From an uncultured virus (IMG/VR IMGVR_UViG_3300003324_000404) (Duplodnaviria > Heunggongvirae > Uroviricota > Caudoviricetes), in the IMG/VR virus record IMGVR_UViG_3300003324_000404: 64,000 nt of DNA; one strand, written 5' to 3'. Below are positions 37,662 to 48,559 of the stretch, piece after piece. The notes under the pieces were generated by a model. It was not told the DNA's origin, searched no databases, and saw nothing but the letters and a program-made list of their open reading frames with translations. How positions within the stretch are numbered: the stretch's first letter is position 1; every line of letters starts with the position of its first letter. A program made the translations under genes and the position numbers.

Positions 37662-40600
37662 CTAGTTGAGTAGATCCTCCACCGAAACGAATTGTTCGAT
37701 GGTCTTCTTAGCTGCGTCCATCAACTTGTCGAAATATCTGTAGTCGATGTACTCGTCCGAGAACTCGCCAAGGTTCTTAGCGATCTCGGCCTCAATCCAC
37801 AAATATCCCTTCGTGCCTGTGACGCTGAAGAGCTTGTCCTCGTCACTTCTCCTGTAGAGGACGCCTGCTCCACGAGTTCCTTCCTTCACCGGATAGAACA
37901 GACCGCTCTTACCGATGTACTGCATTCCCTCCACAACAGGCGGAGGCTTGTCGTACTCGAGATCCAGATACATCGTGCCCTTGGTGACCTGCTTAGCCTG
38001 AGCCAGATCATTGAGATTCACAATCTCTCCGGAGAAGAGATTCTTGAAGATCCAAGGCTCCTGGAATTGAGCACCCGTAGCGTGCCACTGACCATCCTCT
38101 GCATCGCGAGCCACGTAAACGGCGTCGTTTGCAAGAAGGAGCTTGTCATAGTTGGCCTCGTACTCGAATGTGTATCCGTACTTGTCTCCGAACTTCATCA
38201 CCTGTTCGATGATGAAATCGTCAGCGTTCGGGATCTTCACCGAGTCCGTCTTGATGTGCGCCACGGTGTAGCCAAGATCTTGAATGTGGTGCTTCAGGTC
38301 GATCATGAACAGAGCACCGCGCTTGGCCACGATGTTGTCACGGTTGCGATCGTCCTTGAACTTGTTCGGAAATCGCGCAGCAGTCAGACCGTATACGATG
38401 TTGATCACGATCTTCAGAGCATCCGAAAGATTCTTCAGATCGCTCGGTTCGCCAGTTATGAACGGCTTGAGCCGCCCATCCAGAAGTTTTCCGGCCTTGA
38501 CGAGGTCCTTATTCTTGATAGCGAGTCGAGCATCCACGAGATCGTTGAACTGCTTGGTGTACGGCCCGAAGAGGTTGAGAACCCGGATGCTCGTCGGATG
38601 CATCGAAGCAACATCCAGTAGAGCAACATTTTCGTGATAACCGGGCTCGGCGTATACGTAACCACCCTCTCCGGGTTCTTCGTCTCGATAGTAAGACTTA
38701 CCCGCATCGTACACATAACCAGGAAACTCCTCTTTCAAGTTCGTGTACACGAAACTTGCTTGTGGGTTACGGTCATCTCCGAAGATGATCTTTCCGGTGT
38801 GAGCCTGGGTCGTGTGATTGACGCTTAGCCCACTCAGCTCGGCCAAGATCTGCCGAGCCTTGAAGTCTCCCTCACGATCGTCCGCTACCTCGTCGGTCGT
38901 CTGGACATCATTGCGGCAGTACTTCACTACCAGTGGAATTTGCTCGTCTGGAACAGGCTTGTTCCAAGGAATGCTGCTTTCCATGTGGTGCAGTCCCAAA
39001 TCGATCTGGAACTTCTTGAGCGATTTCTTGATGCTGCTGTAGTCCCAAATATCTGCGTAAGACAGGTTGTACGCCTCTCCGAAGAGTGCGTCGTTCCTGT
39101 TACCTACGATGATCTTCTGAGACAGGTCGAACAATTGCTGGTTTGTGTAGCCCAGCATCCTTGCGTAGAGCATGTGGTTGTCGAACCGACGGTTGTAGAA
39201 ACCGATCAGTCGATACCTCGAAACCAACTCCTCAATCTGCTGAGGTGTCGGGTTGATCATGTCGACGATTGTGTCCGCCGGCGCTCCTCTGAACTTCCAG
39301 CACACGACAAAGAGGTTCGGGTACACCTCAACGTCGTAAACGACGATTGGCTTCTCCGGCTGATCCTCCATAATCGCGTCTTCGTCGACCAGCTCCGACT
39401 TCCAGTGGATCCCCATCACCACGTTCAGTGCCGCCGAAGACTGGTTCGACGAACTGTTCGCAAACGAGATAACCTTGGGCTTGAGATCCGTGACGTCGTA
39501 AGACAGCCCAGACTCGTAAGCCTCGTCGGTCACCTTCTTGATGAAGTCAACATTCGACTTCGTGTGAGGATGAACTCTCTTCTGCAATGCTCCCATGATG
39601 AGATTACGCAGATGACGCTCGTCCTGGATTGTCTTCTCGCTCAGCACGCGCTTCTCTTTGAGTGGGAGGGCTCCCTCGCGCAGCGTACTGATTGGGTAGT
39701 TGTTACACTTAGTAACCCTACGTCTGAGGGACGAGTGTCCATCAAAGACTTTGACCTCGATTCCGCGAGAATAAGTAGAGGACAGTTGTGACACATCTCC
39801 ATCGTAGAGATAGTGAAGGTGCACCCCATTTCCGCCTTGAGAAAGCTCGCCATATGTCGCAGGCCAATTGGACGCCGCTTCGATATTTCTCTCAAACGAC
39901 TTGTTTCCGGACTCATCGGTGAGATCGAAATCGACGACGATGTGCTCTTGTGGGACCCTGACGTAGTGAAGCTCGTGAGTATCGACGTCAACCAGCGTGG
40001 TCTTGCTATTCTCCCACTTATACTTCGGCCTCCAGAGATCCTTTTCAGGATCATAGACGGCCTGCTGAGCCGGACAATCAGCCAAGACTTCATCGAGGAG
40101 GCTTTCCTCGAGATCGAGGACCAGGCTGTAGGCATGAGCTCCCTTAACAGGAGCTTTGAAAGGATGAGCGTTGAAGCCAATATACAGGCTCCTAACGTCA
40201 GCGTTGTTAAACCGTCCACGGTCTTTGTACTCCTTGAAGTAGCTCTTCAACTCTTCTCGTACTTCGTACATTGGACGCACCTTTTCGATGTTCGCATCAG
40301 AACAGTACTGCTTGTAGAGATGGTACGCCTGAGAAAGCGTAGTACCATCCTGCTGCTTGAAGATGTCCCAGTTGTATTCGATGAAGTTGAAGAACACGTT
40401 GGTCTGAAGCATCATCTCGTTCGGACGATATCCAGAGTAGTACTGCTTGCCCATTTCGCGATAAACCTTGAGACAGTGCGCAGCGATCGCACCCAACTCA
40501 AAGTCTACCTTCGCCATGAGAGCGTGGTAGTGGTCTTCACGGATGTTCACGCCTGTCGGACTGATATCGATCAGTCGTCTGAGCAGTCCTGATTTGGACG

Positions 40601-41453
40601 TCGTGATTTTGACCGGTTCGTTGGTGCCGACGAGCAAGAAAGCATTAACCCTACTCGAGTGAGTGGGCTTGTACTTCTCGTTCATCACCATCTTTTCGTG
40701 CGAGACGATGGAGTTGATTTTTGTGTTGTCGTTCAGCCTACTGAGATCAGCGTCCTGCTGAATCGCGACAAGCGGATTCTTCCCGAAAGCCTCTGTCGCA
40801 AACTGAGCATTCGCATTACCAAGAGCCTTGGCGTCGAAGGATGTGGTGTATCCTTGAAACAGTCGCTCGATGATATCGAGGATAGTCCCCTTGCCCGATC
40901 CTGGAGGACCGTACAGCACACCAAACTTTTGAACGTACTTGCTGTCGCCAGCTACAATACATCCAATGATCCACTCGATTTTGGCACGCTCTTCAACAGA
41001 GTAAAGAGTGCCTATCAGCTCTTCGTAGGCAGGACAATCCCCAGGAGCCAGAGCATAAGGAAGTCTATGTGAGACATAGTCCTCCTTCTTTACCGGTGTG
41101 TTGAGGAAGGTGAGATTGCTGTTGAGCTCATGTGCGTTGTCACTAAGAAGGTTGACGAAGTTCTTGAATGCTCTCCAGCTTCCATTGCTAGAAGAACGAA
41201 GATACTTCACGGAGAACGGTGCCGAAATATCTAGCTTCTCGGCATACTTCCGCAACTCCTCATCCACGAGCCGCTGCACGTCATACTCGTCTGTACTCCA
41301 CAGACCTGCTTCCTCATCCCAGATTGCGTAGAACTGTTTCCCCTTCACCATCAGGTCTGTGAACCTGCTGACTTGGAAGTCTGGGATGATGTCGTACTCC
41401 CCCTTTCGCGGACCGCTCTTTACTTCGCTGAGAACAATCTTGAAGAAATCCAT
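37662..41453 (-). CDS. SF3 helicase - primase/polymerase - exonuclease - family B-like DNA polymerase fusion
   Basis: GPPGSGKGT, then IVVDFD..GVHLHY, VYDVEVY, LDVASMHP, K...N..YG and HIKTDS. Confidence 0.9.
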   Translation of the reverse strand: MDFFKIVLSEVKSGPRKGEYDIIPDFQVSRFTDLMVKGKQFYAIWDEEAGLWSTDEYDVQRLVDEELRKYAEKLDISAPFSVKYLRSSSNGSWRAFKNFVNLLSDNAHELNSNLTFLNTPVKKEDYVSHRLPYALAPGDCPAYEELIGTLYSVEERAKIEWIIGCIVAGDSKYVQKFGVLYGPPGSGKGTILDIIERLFQGYTTSFDAKALGNANAQFATEAFGKNPLVAIQQDADLSRLNDNTKINSIVSHEKMVMNEKYKPTHSSRVNAFLLVGTNEPVKITTSKSGLLRRLIDISPTGVNIREDHYHALMAKVDFELGAIAAHCLKVYREMGKQYYSGYRPNEMMLQTNVFFNFIEYNWDIFKQQDGTTLSQAYHLYKQYCSDANIEKVRPMYEVREELKSYFKEYKDRGRFNNADVRSLYIGFNAHPFKAPVKGAHAYSLVLDLEESLLDEVLADCPAQQAVYDPEKDLWRPKYKWENSKTTLVDVDTHELHYVRVPQEHIVVDFDLTDESGNKSFERNIEAASNWPATYGELSQGGNGVHLHYLYDGDVSQLSSTYSRGIEVKVFDGHSSLRRRVTKCNNYPISTLREGALPLKEKRVLSEKTIQDERHLRNLIMGALQKRVHPHTKSNVDFIKKVTDEAYESGLSYDVTDLKPKVISFANSSSNQSSAALNVVMGIHWKSELVDEDAIMEDQPEKPIVVYDVEVYPNLFVVCWKFRGAPADTIVDMINPTPQQIEELVSRYRLIGFYNRRFDNHMLYARMLGYTNQQLFDLSQKIIVGNRNDALFGEAYNLSYADIWDYSSIKKSLKKFQIDLGLHHMESSIPWNKPVPDEQIPLVVKYCRNDVQTTDEVADDREGDFKARQILAELSGLSVNHTTQAHTGKIIFGDDRNPQASFVYTNLKEEFPGYVYDAGKSYYRDEEPGEGGYVYAEPGYHENVALLDVASMHPTSIRVLNLFGPYTKQFNDLVDARLAIKNKDLVKAGKLLDGRLKPFITGEPSDLKNLSDALKIVINIVYGLTAARFPNKFKDDRNRDNIVAKRGALFMIDLKHHIQDLGYTVAHIKTDSVKIPNADDFIIEQVMKFGDKYGYTFEYEANYDKLLLANDAVYVARDAEDGQWHATGAQFQEPWIFKNLFSGEIVNLNDLAQAKQVTKGTMYLDLEYDKPPPVVEGMQYIGKSGLFYPVKEGTRGAGVLYRRSDEDKLFSVTGTKGYLWIEAEIAKNLGEFSDEYIDYRYFDKLMDAAKKTIEQFVSVEDLLN

Positions 41454-41465
41454 CTCACCTCCCTT

Positions 41466-42801
41466 CTAGCTCATCTCAAGAATGTACGACTCCATCTGGA
41501 ACCACAGCTCCACTTCTCGCTGATCTTCTTGAGGATGCTGAAGCGGGAACAACCCGCCGTTTCCGTCGTAGCTGTACTGCCTCCAGACCAACCTCTCAAT
41601 GATCTCTTCCACGCGGCCTGCGTGGTATCGTCTGTCGTTAAATCGTGTAAGGCCCAAGTTCCCGATCAGATGCCAGAACCACTCGCCCACCTCTCCTTCA
41701 GCCGTGAAAGAGAGATGGCGAGCGACTCCAATTAGCATCTCGAGTACCGAACACCCCAACTCCAACCAATGTTGGGTCGGATGGAGCATCGGTCCTGAAT
41801 GTAGAAACTCTTTTCGGAGAGCAATGCCGTCCGCACAACGATTGTCATCGTTTGGAACTAGCATCACGAACTCTCTCTCGAAGAGATGCTTCAACAAGCG
41901 GTTGTGTTCGACTCCCTGTTCTTGAGGCCCTACCTGTTCTTTCAGCCACTCCAGGTAGAGGGCGTCAAGTTGTTCAGTCATCGTTCAGGCGGAACTTCCT
42001 TGGTTGTGAGTGCTTGATGTGCGGCTCAGTGTCGTCGAACCCCATGACTTCATCGGCGTACTTACCGGTTGATCGCGTTACGCAGAGATCGAACGGCGGA
42101 TCGACCGTCTCGTTCCGGATGTAAATCACATGCTCATCTTCTGATCCGTAGCCGAAACGAAGAAGGTTGTCCTCGCCGACCACTCGGTTGACGTCTTGGA
42201 TGGGGTTGTACTCCTCCTGGTCGTCGACCAGAACGGAATCACCCTCGTACCAAGTGAACGCTCTCTGCTCGTGATCCGGCTCGTTCTCGTAGTACTCGAC
42301 CTTGGTGATGATGTAGGGCTCCGAAGGATCTCGATCTGCCAAGAGCGCAGACAGGACCTCTTCGCCAGGAGGCTGGTACTCCGCGAAGGTGTTTCGAACC
42401 GTCACTTCACGCTTCTCAGTGACTTCCATCTCCTCCACAGGAGCAACGTAGGTGCCCATGGCCTGCATAGCCTTGGTCATGATGCGCTCCTGGGCTACCT
42501 CAGACAATTCATCCCAGGTGCCAGGAGGTGCCTCCTGACTTTCGTCGACCAAAGGCACCATTTCGGTACCATCATTCTCAGTCTTCTCCTCAGAGATAAC
42601 CAATGGCGACCTGTGATAGAGCTTCTGGTAGTAGATCCGAGCTTCGGCGATCTCCTCGTCCGCGATTGCTCGGAACTTCTTCTCTAGTACCTTGAGGGCC
42701 ACCAAATATCCGGCTCCTGCTCCTAGCGCCGCGGCAACCGTCAGCGCAGAAGGAACAAGAAGCTTGACATTGATGGTCTCCATCTTCACGAGGGACTTCA
42801 T
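41466..42801 (-). CDS. Two conserved hypothetical proteins (41974-42801 and 41466-41981)
   Basis: DDNRCADG..SVLEML..GGLFPL..ELWFQM. EPYIITK.EY..RFG..YIRN. Coupled to the polymerase gene. Confidence 0.7.
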
Positions 42802-43676
42802 CGGTTCATCAAGCCATCGTCGAGCATGTGGTAAACGAGCCCGGCGACGTTGAAGTCGAGCATGAGCGCCCGCTGCGAGTTGTAGACTTCGGTGAACTTG
42901 ATTTCCACGAAGTCGTCACTATTGTCGGAGGGGATGATCCATCCCACGAGCTGCCCGTGCTGCGTCACCGGAAGATCGAACTGCCGATAGACATCATTCA
43001 AGAACAAATATCCATCGGCGCGAAGCTTGTCCGTGAGATGCTGCTCGGTGATCTTGATGAGACTGACGTTGTACTCGTGACTGGGCTGGAAGACACTACT
43101 GCGCTCGTCCCAGATCACGGCGTATGGACCCATCTCGGTGGGTCTCGACGCCTGGACCTTCTTGTGTCCCTTGTCGGTCTCCTCGATCAGCTCAATGGGA
43201 GTCGAAGCATGGTAAAGATCCTTCTCCCTGGCCTCCCCGACCTCCTTGCGAACTCGAGCACGATATCCATCCAGAAACTGCTGGAGTGAGACGTATGCTC
43301 CGGTCAGGGCAGCGTTTCGCTGAGTGAGCTGACGATGGGACTTGGTGAGGCAGTAGATCGAAACTGCACCAACAGCGATCGCCGGCGCATAGAGCTTGGT
43401 CACCTCCAGCGCGCCGTTCACCATGATGTGGGCCCTCTGCTGACGAGCTTCCTCGTGAGCCATGCCCCTACGAGATTCGACCACGTCGACGTCGATGAGG
43501 TCCTTCTTCATGTGATCCACAACGGGCTGCGACTTGATCGTGGCACGGCAAGCCAGCACGGTAGCCGTGACGGCACCAGTGACGCCGGCGACGAAGAGAA
43601 TCGTCGGCGAGTTCTTCTGAGTCTTGAGGACGGCCCGGCCTACTGCTCGACTAACCGTCTTCGGAACGTACTTCAT
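42798..43676 (-). CDS. DUF6353-like membrane-anchored protein
   Basis: NSPTIL..G..A.RAT..KLYAPA..RNAAL..YR.RV..GYLFLNDVY..GW..LDFNV.G. Confidence 0.7.
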   Translation of the reverse strand: MKYVPKTVSRAVGRAVLKTQKNSPTILFVAGVTGAVTATVLACRATIKSQPVVDHMKKDLIDVDVVESRRGMAHEEARQQRAHIMVNGALEVTKLYAPAIAVGAVSIYCLTKSHRQLTQRNAALTGAYVSLQQFLDGYRARVRKEVGEAREKDLYHASTPIELIEETDKGHKKVQASRPTEMGPYAVIWDERSSVFQPSHEYNVSLIKITEQHLTDKLRADGYLFLNDVYRQFDLPVTQHGQLVGWIIPSDNSDDFVEIKFTEVYNSQRALMLDFNVAGLVYHMLDDGLMNR

Positions 43677-43941
43677 CGATTCTCCTTCTTGGAATCACGG
43701 TTCGGGTTTCTCCTGAACGGAAGCCTGCTCTCCGCAGGAGCCCCGTTGTAGATCTTGGTTGCTCGGGTGTTGCAGATCGCGGCGTAGTACCCCTCATGCG
43801 AGTCCATACGTAAATGGAAGCAGGGAATTCCCTCCGGGACCTTGTGACGCTTGCAGTCCGTTTTTTCGAGGATCTCTCGGATCTTTCGAGTGAAATCCAT
43901 CACCGGACCAGGAATTGATCGAGGACGAGACACAACATCTC

Positions 43942-44559
43942 CTACTTGTTGCTGAGCCTGATCGGCTCAGGAAGGGCCAGGTAAAAAGATCCTCGTGCCG
44001 GCACGACGTGCGCGTCGCCAAGCTCTTCCCACCCGATTCCGTAGTGTGTGTGCTCAGGAGTAATGTCTACTAGGCGAAGGAAATCTGCCATAGAACACAC
44101 GTCGAACTGATCAATCAGGAGATTCATCTGATTGAGGACTTCCTGAGCTTCGACACGAGAATCAAGCTCGATAACGCTTGTGTCCCCGTCAAACCGAGGC
44201 TTCTGCTCGATCTGTCGACTCTCAGAAGTTCGGCCAAGAGCTCTGTCGGGGTTGTGTCTACTGATCGCGCTCGATCGGTAATTTCCTCTGTAGCGATTGT
44301 GAATTCTTGAGTCGGTATATCCACCAAACAATACGTCAACACCCTTGTGGATCGTGTCTTGGATGTTATCGCGAATGTTTGGGAAGAACGTGTCCCAGAT
44401 CATGCTCGTCCACACACTCCGAGCGCTTCCTTGGAATATCGTGTCCCGGATTCGTCGACCAGTCGGGGCTTCACGAATGCGGCCCGGGTTCGTGACTACC
44501 GGCTCGACCACTCTCGACTCACGACTCTTGTGGCTCTGAGATGGGAACTGCTCGGTCAT
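43942..44559 (-). CDS. Conserved hypothetical protein
   Basis: FPSQSHKS..EA..VL..M...I..F...S.AD..GW..LP.P. Confidence 0.7.
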   Translation of the reverse strand: MTEQFPSQSHKSRESRVVEPVVTNPGRIREAPTGRRIRDTIFQGSARSVWTSMIWDTFFPNIRDNIQDTIHKGVDVLFGGYTDSRIHNRYRGNYRSSAISRHNPDRALGRTSESRQIEQKPRFDGDTSVIELDSRVEAQEVLNQMNLLIDQFDVCSMADFLRLVDITPEHTHYGIGWEELGDAHVVPARGSFYLALPEPIRLSNK

Positions 44560-45178
44560 GCTTTCTCCTTGGGCAGAAACTGAGAGCCCAGGTCTTGGGC
44601 TCCCAGCAAATGGTCAGAACAGAGTCTTCGGAACTCCGTGTTCCTTCTCGTACTTCTCGTCGATGTCAGCGTCGAGCTGCTGTCCGAACTTGTAGGTCAA
44701 GCCTAGCAAGAACGTGATGCAGCCTCCGATCGCTCCCTTGACGAGAAGCTTTTCGAGCTTCTTGTTTTGCACGGGGCGTCCTTTCTGTCGGCGTTCTATT
44801 AAACACCAGGAATTTCGCGCGAAAGAAGAGAGCCCTATTTCTAGAGCTCTCTCTGGTTCACCGCTTGAGTGCCTTGCGATCGGCCTTGATGCGACGGTCA
44901 ACTTCCTTCTTGTGGATCTTGGCGTACTTCCGCTGCGTGTTCGCGTTCATGAGCTTCGCGACTCCTGAGAGTGCGGTGGCTCCTGCGAGCAAACACAGAG
45001 CGGTGTTCTCTTCCCAAGCCTTCCTCAAGTCGGACTTGATCTTGTCGGCATTGATGTTGATCTGCATTGCGGTTCCTTTCGGTGGGTTCATTAGAGGCCG
45101 TGTTTCGTTTGCGAGGCGGGAAGTACGGCGAGACCCCAATCCAGCCTGTTAACTTCCCGCCCCGCAAATATAGACCGA

Positions 45179-45943
45179 TTACTCGGTCGTACCCCCCGGG
45201 CTATCTTCTGCCCCCTCCGCAAGCTTGCGCTTCTGACGGATGTTCAGAAGCATCTTCGGAACGTTGTTGCCCTGCCGGCCCTCAGCAAAGAGCGTCTCGA
45301 ACTGGTTCCGATCCATCTGAAGAAGCTCGTCTTCGCTGTAATCATCCCACTGCTTCTTCTCAGGCTTCTCCGGAAGCGTGGTAACGGTTGCGACGGGTCC
45401 TTCGATCGACGGGATGCCGTCATCGCCCGGATAGACCGGAGGCTCTGAGAGAATCTTTCCAGGAGGGAATCCCTCGGTTTCAACGTCAGGTACTGGATGA
45501 ATATCCGGGCGCTCTGCCCGGATCTTCGCAGCAGCCTCCTGCATCTCCTTCGGCCAGATGCCCTCCATGAACTTGTTTGCGCGATTCGGATCCTCGAAGA
45601 GGTACCAGATGAACGCATCGAACGCGCCTGTGGCAACGAAACGATCCCAGATCTCGTTGCTCTTGCGGAACTCGAGACCGTCCGGACCGTGCTCCTGGAT
45701 TCCGTAGGCGTGCTTGACAAGGATCTTGACGATGTCGAGCATCTCCCGAATCTCCGGAGGAGTCATCTTGCGCTCAGGATCCGGGTTCTCCCCGATGACA
45801 TTTTCCTGGAAAGCCTTGAACCTCGCCTCCAGTGCCTCCAGCTCCATGTCGTGGGCGACTTCGAACCGCGTCAGGTTGAAGAACAGCGTACGGTTCATGG
45901 GCTTGCCGTCGAAACCCTCCCACTGGATGTGCTGCTTAAGCAT
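45179..45943 (-). CDS. Conserved hypothetical protein (chaperone-like)
   Basis: MLKQHI....FDG....FFNLT..AYG..F.KS..F..T.A. AAGGAAG RBS. Confidence 0.6.
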   Translation of the reverse strand: MLKQHIQWEGFDGKPMNRTLFFNLTRFEVAHDMELEALEARFKAFQENVIGENPDPERKMTPPEIREMLDIVKILVKHAYGIQEHGPDGLEFRKSNEIWDRFVATGAFDAFIWYLFEDPNRANKFMEGIWPKEMQEAAAKIRAERPDIHPVPDVETEGFPPGKILSEPPVYPGDDGIPSIEGPVATVTTLPEKPEKKQWDDYSEDELLQMDRNQFETLFAEGRQGNNVPKMLLNIRQKRKLAEGAEDSPGGTTE

Positions 45944-46553
45944 GTGCTTCCTTTCCGAAGAGCATTTCCTGCTCTTGTGATTCGAGATTCTTGGTTTGCA
46001 GGACTTCACCGCTTGTGTCTGTGATCATGGCGGAGTGCCAGCGACCATAAACGGCTTCAGCGTCCTCGAGGTAGGTGGTCTGCGCGATCTCAACGAACTC
46101 TTCGTTCGCGGCTTGTCGAAAGACCTTGTATCTGAGCATGGTTCTCCTAGAGAGAAAGAGAGACCCAATGCATGGGGTCATTGGGCCTCTCGGTCTGGGG
46201 ATCTGTTCAGTTGTCGTTGGTGTTCGTGTCGTCGGTCTCGACGTGGAGGTCGACGGACGCCGAACCGCTCGCGTTGAGGCGCTTCTTCACGTAGAGGAGC
46301 GCTGCGACGGCACCGCCGGCGATGGCGGCGCGCTTGGCGTTCTTCTTGGTGACGAGGCGCTCCCTGAGCGAGGGCTTCGGGGTCTCGACGACCACTGGGT
46401 CGTGGATCGTGGACATGTTTGCCTTCTTTCTTGGGAACAGGTTTCCGTTCATTATGTACCGTGTAATTCTCGCGACTTACCCGCAGTCAAAGAAGCAGTC
46501 AAGCATTCCTCGAGGCTCGAGAAACCACAATGATGACTCTCTTTGACTGCTCT

Positions 46554-47315
46554 TCAGAAATCCGGCACCGGGTCCTTCGTGAAGTCGATCAACGTCACCG
46601 CAGTTCCGTTATCGAGCAGCACCGGCGTGAGCACCAGATCACACTGAGTTCCCGATCGCCACCCGAGGATGTTCCCGATGCTCGTGTTCTCGAGTCCGAG
46701 CTCGTCGTAAAACGTGTTGAGGGACGTTCCACGTTGATTGTTGGCCTCGAAATTGACGAAATTCATGGCCCTCTTGACCTCCTCCTGTGTTGACAGGAAG
46801 ACCTTGTTGGTCGTGGCGTCCTTGAACCATGACTTCCCCTCCGGAGTGATGTATCCGGCGGGCAGATCGCTCTCCTTGATCTTCTTCTTGGCGATGTCGT
46901 GGTTGATCTCGTCCATCTTCTTGAGCCCAAGCTGCTCGGCAGCCTTGTCGCGGAACTCATCGAAGTCTCCGGAGAGAACTCCGTATGCTGCGGCCAGTGC
47001 GGCGAGCCGCCGAGCCTGAACTCGGTTCGCAGCCACGATGCAGACGACCGTCATTACCCCGGTCGTTGCAGCAGGCACGTAGTACTTCCACGTCTTCTCG
47101 ATCACGGCCTTGCGGGTGAACTCGAATGTCTGGTTTCCGCTCTCGACCTTGGCGACGATCTCTTCGTGCTGGATCTGTCGTGCGGCCTTCCATGTTGCCT
47201 TGACGGTGAGGTAGGTGGTGACGCCGATCCCGGCAACACCCAGAACCGTGAGAATCTGTGGCGATTCCTTGGCTACGAACTTCCCCACGTCCTTGGTGAT
47301 GTGCTTGAGATTCAC
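46554..47315 (-). CDS. DUF6353-like protein (paralog of 42798-43676)
   Basis: ESPQILT..G..KAT..KYYVPA..RLAALAAAY..SLN.FY..LGL..LGW. GTG start behind GAGG. Confidence 0.7.
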   Translation of the reverse strand: MNLKHITKDVGKFVAKESPQILTVLGVAGIGVTTYLTVKATWKAARQIQHEEIVAKVESGNQTFEFTRKAVIEKTWKYYVPAATTGVMTVVCIVAANRVQARRLAALAAAYGVLSGDFDEFRDKAAEQLGLKKMDEINHDIAKKKIKESDLPAGYITPEGKSWFKDATTNKVFLSTQEEVKRAMNFVNFEANNQRGTSLNTFYDELGLENTSIGNILGWRSGTQCDLVLTPVLLDNGTAVTLIDFTKDPVPDF

Positions 47316-48169
47316 TGGTAATCCTCTTCTTCTCTGAAGTCCTGCACAAACTGGCGAACCTTGGGGTAGGCCAGCGTTCCGATCGCGATCCACTGAAGGA
47401 TCTCATTGATGAGTTCAATCACCTTCTTGCCTTTCGCATCTCCCTGACAAATATCCAGATGAGCCAAACCGGGAAGCCGCCAAAGATGGCGGCTGTGATC
47501 AAGCACATGAAGACGTCGAACAGAAACGCGAGACACCCATACTGCTTGGGTGCTTGCTCGATGAAGATGTACTTGGTCATCAGAGATCAGCCACCGCTTG
47601 CTTGAACGAGTTGATTCGGCCTTCGACCGTCTGGACAGTGTCGGCAACCATCGTCTGGGCTCGCTTGGCTCCGACAAGGATGACCACAAGCGTGGTCGTG
47701 GAAACTACCAAGCTGGTAGTTGCGATGATGAGAGTTGCGAGTTGCATCATGACTCCTGTGGAATTGAGAACTTCTTGACATACCAGGCATACGAAGCGTC
47801 GTACGTGCGCTTCGCCAGAGTTCCGTCCGGGTAACGGGCGAGGAACTTTACAAGAGGCGAGCTCGGAATTGTTCGCCCGGCTTCGTCTTCCTGGAATCGA
47901 GGCTCGATTTCCACTCGAACTACCTCGCACCACCGGTTGCACTCCAAGATGCGCTTCCGGTCGTACTTGTTGTCGAACCCGTCAATGTCGGCCTTCATGA
48001 GGGACGACTCAACTAGCACAATCATTCCCGGCCTGAGCTCCGTTCCGTCGAACAACAGGTCGTCGTCCTCGGGGTTCATGACGTAATCGCGATCAACAAA
48101 GAGGGACTGCATGTCTTGCTCGTTCATGTTGGGATCTCCTTAGCTCTTCTAGCATGGACAGAAATATAA

Positions 48170-48523
48170 AGGAGCTGCGCGGCCCCTTATAGGGTGGCAG
48201 GGTAGACTACTACCTTCTCCTATTATAGGCCAAGATTTTTTTGCGAGGTCTCAGCCAAAAGTTAAGAGAAGCTGATTTTCTCATTTCAATTAGCTGGGTC
48301 AGCGCTCCAGTGTCACCTGGTTGCATACCATTCAATCCCACAATCGAGTGGGAACTAATACTTCTCATTAGAGGCGTTGCAAATTCTGCGAAAATTGGAG
48401 AGAAGAGGTACAACGCCCAACTAAAACGTTGTCGTTAAGTGGCTGTTTGGTCCGTGCCACCACGCCGCCCAGGATTCGAACCTGGACATTAGTGTGTCGG
48501 CATCCCTTACGGGATCTCTTCTC
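48170..48523 (-). ncRNA. Three tandem promoter-driven structured small RNAs
   Basis: Units 48400-48523, 48266-48366 and 48170-48221. Each begins right after a promoter hexamer and is closed by a 5'/3' stem. Confidence 0.65.
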
Positions 48524-48559
48524 ATAAGACGCCGTGTTTTTCTCGCGATTGCGCAGAAA

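Noticed and set aside
48210..48413. 67-aa minus-strand ORF across the sRNA cluster
   Set aside because: No RBS, and it runs through two promoter motifs.
48460..48490. tRNA gene (GGTTCGAATCC T-arm)
   Set aside because: No acceptor, D or anticodon arms and no correctly placed CCA. Kept only as part of the putative small RNA.
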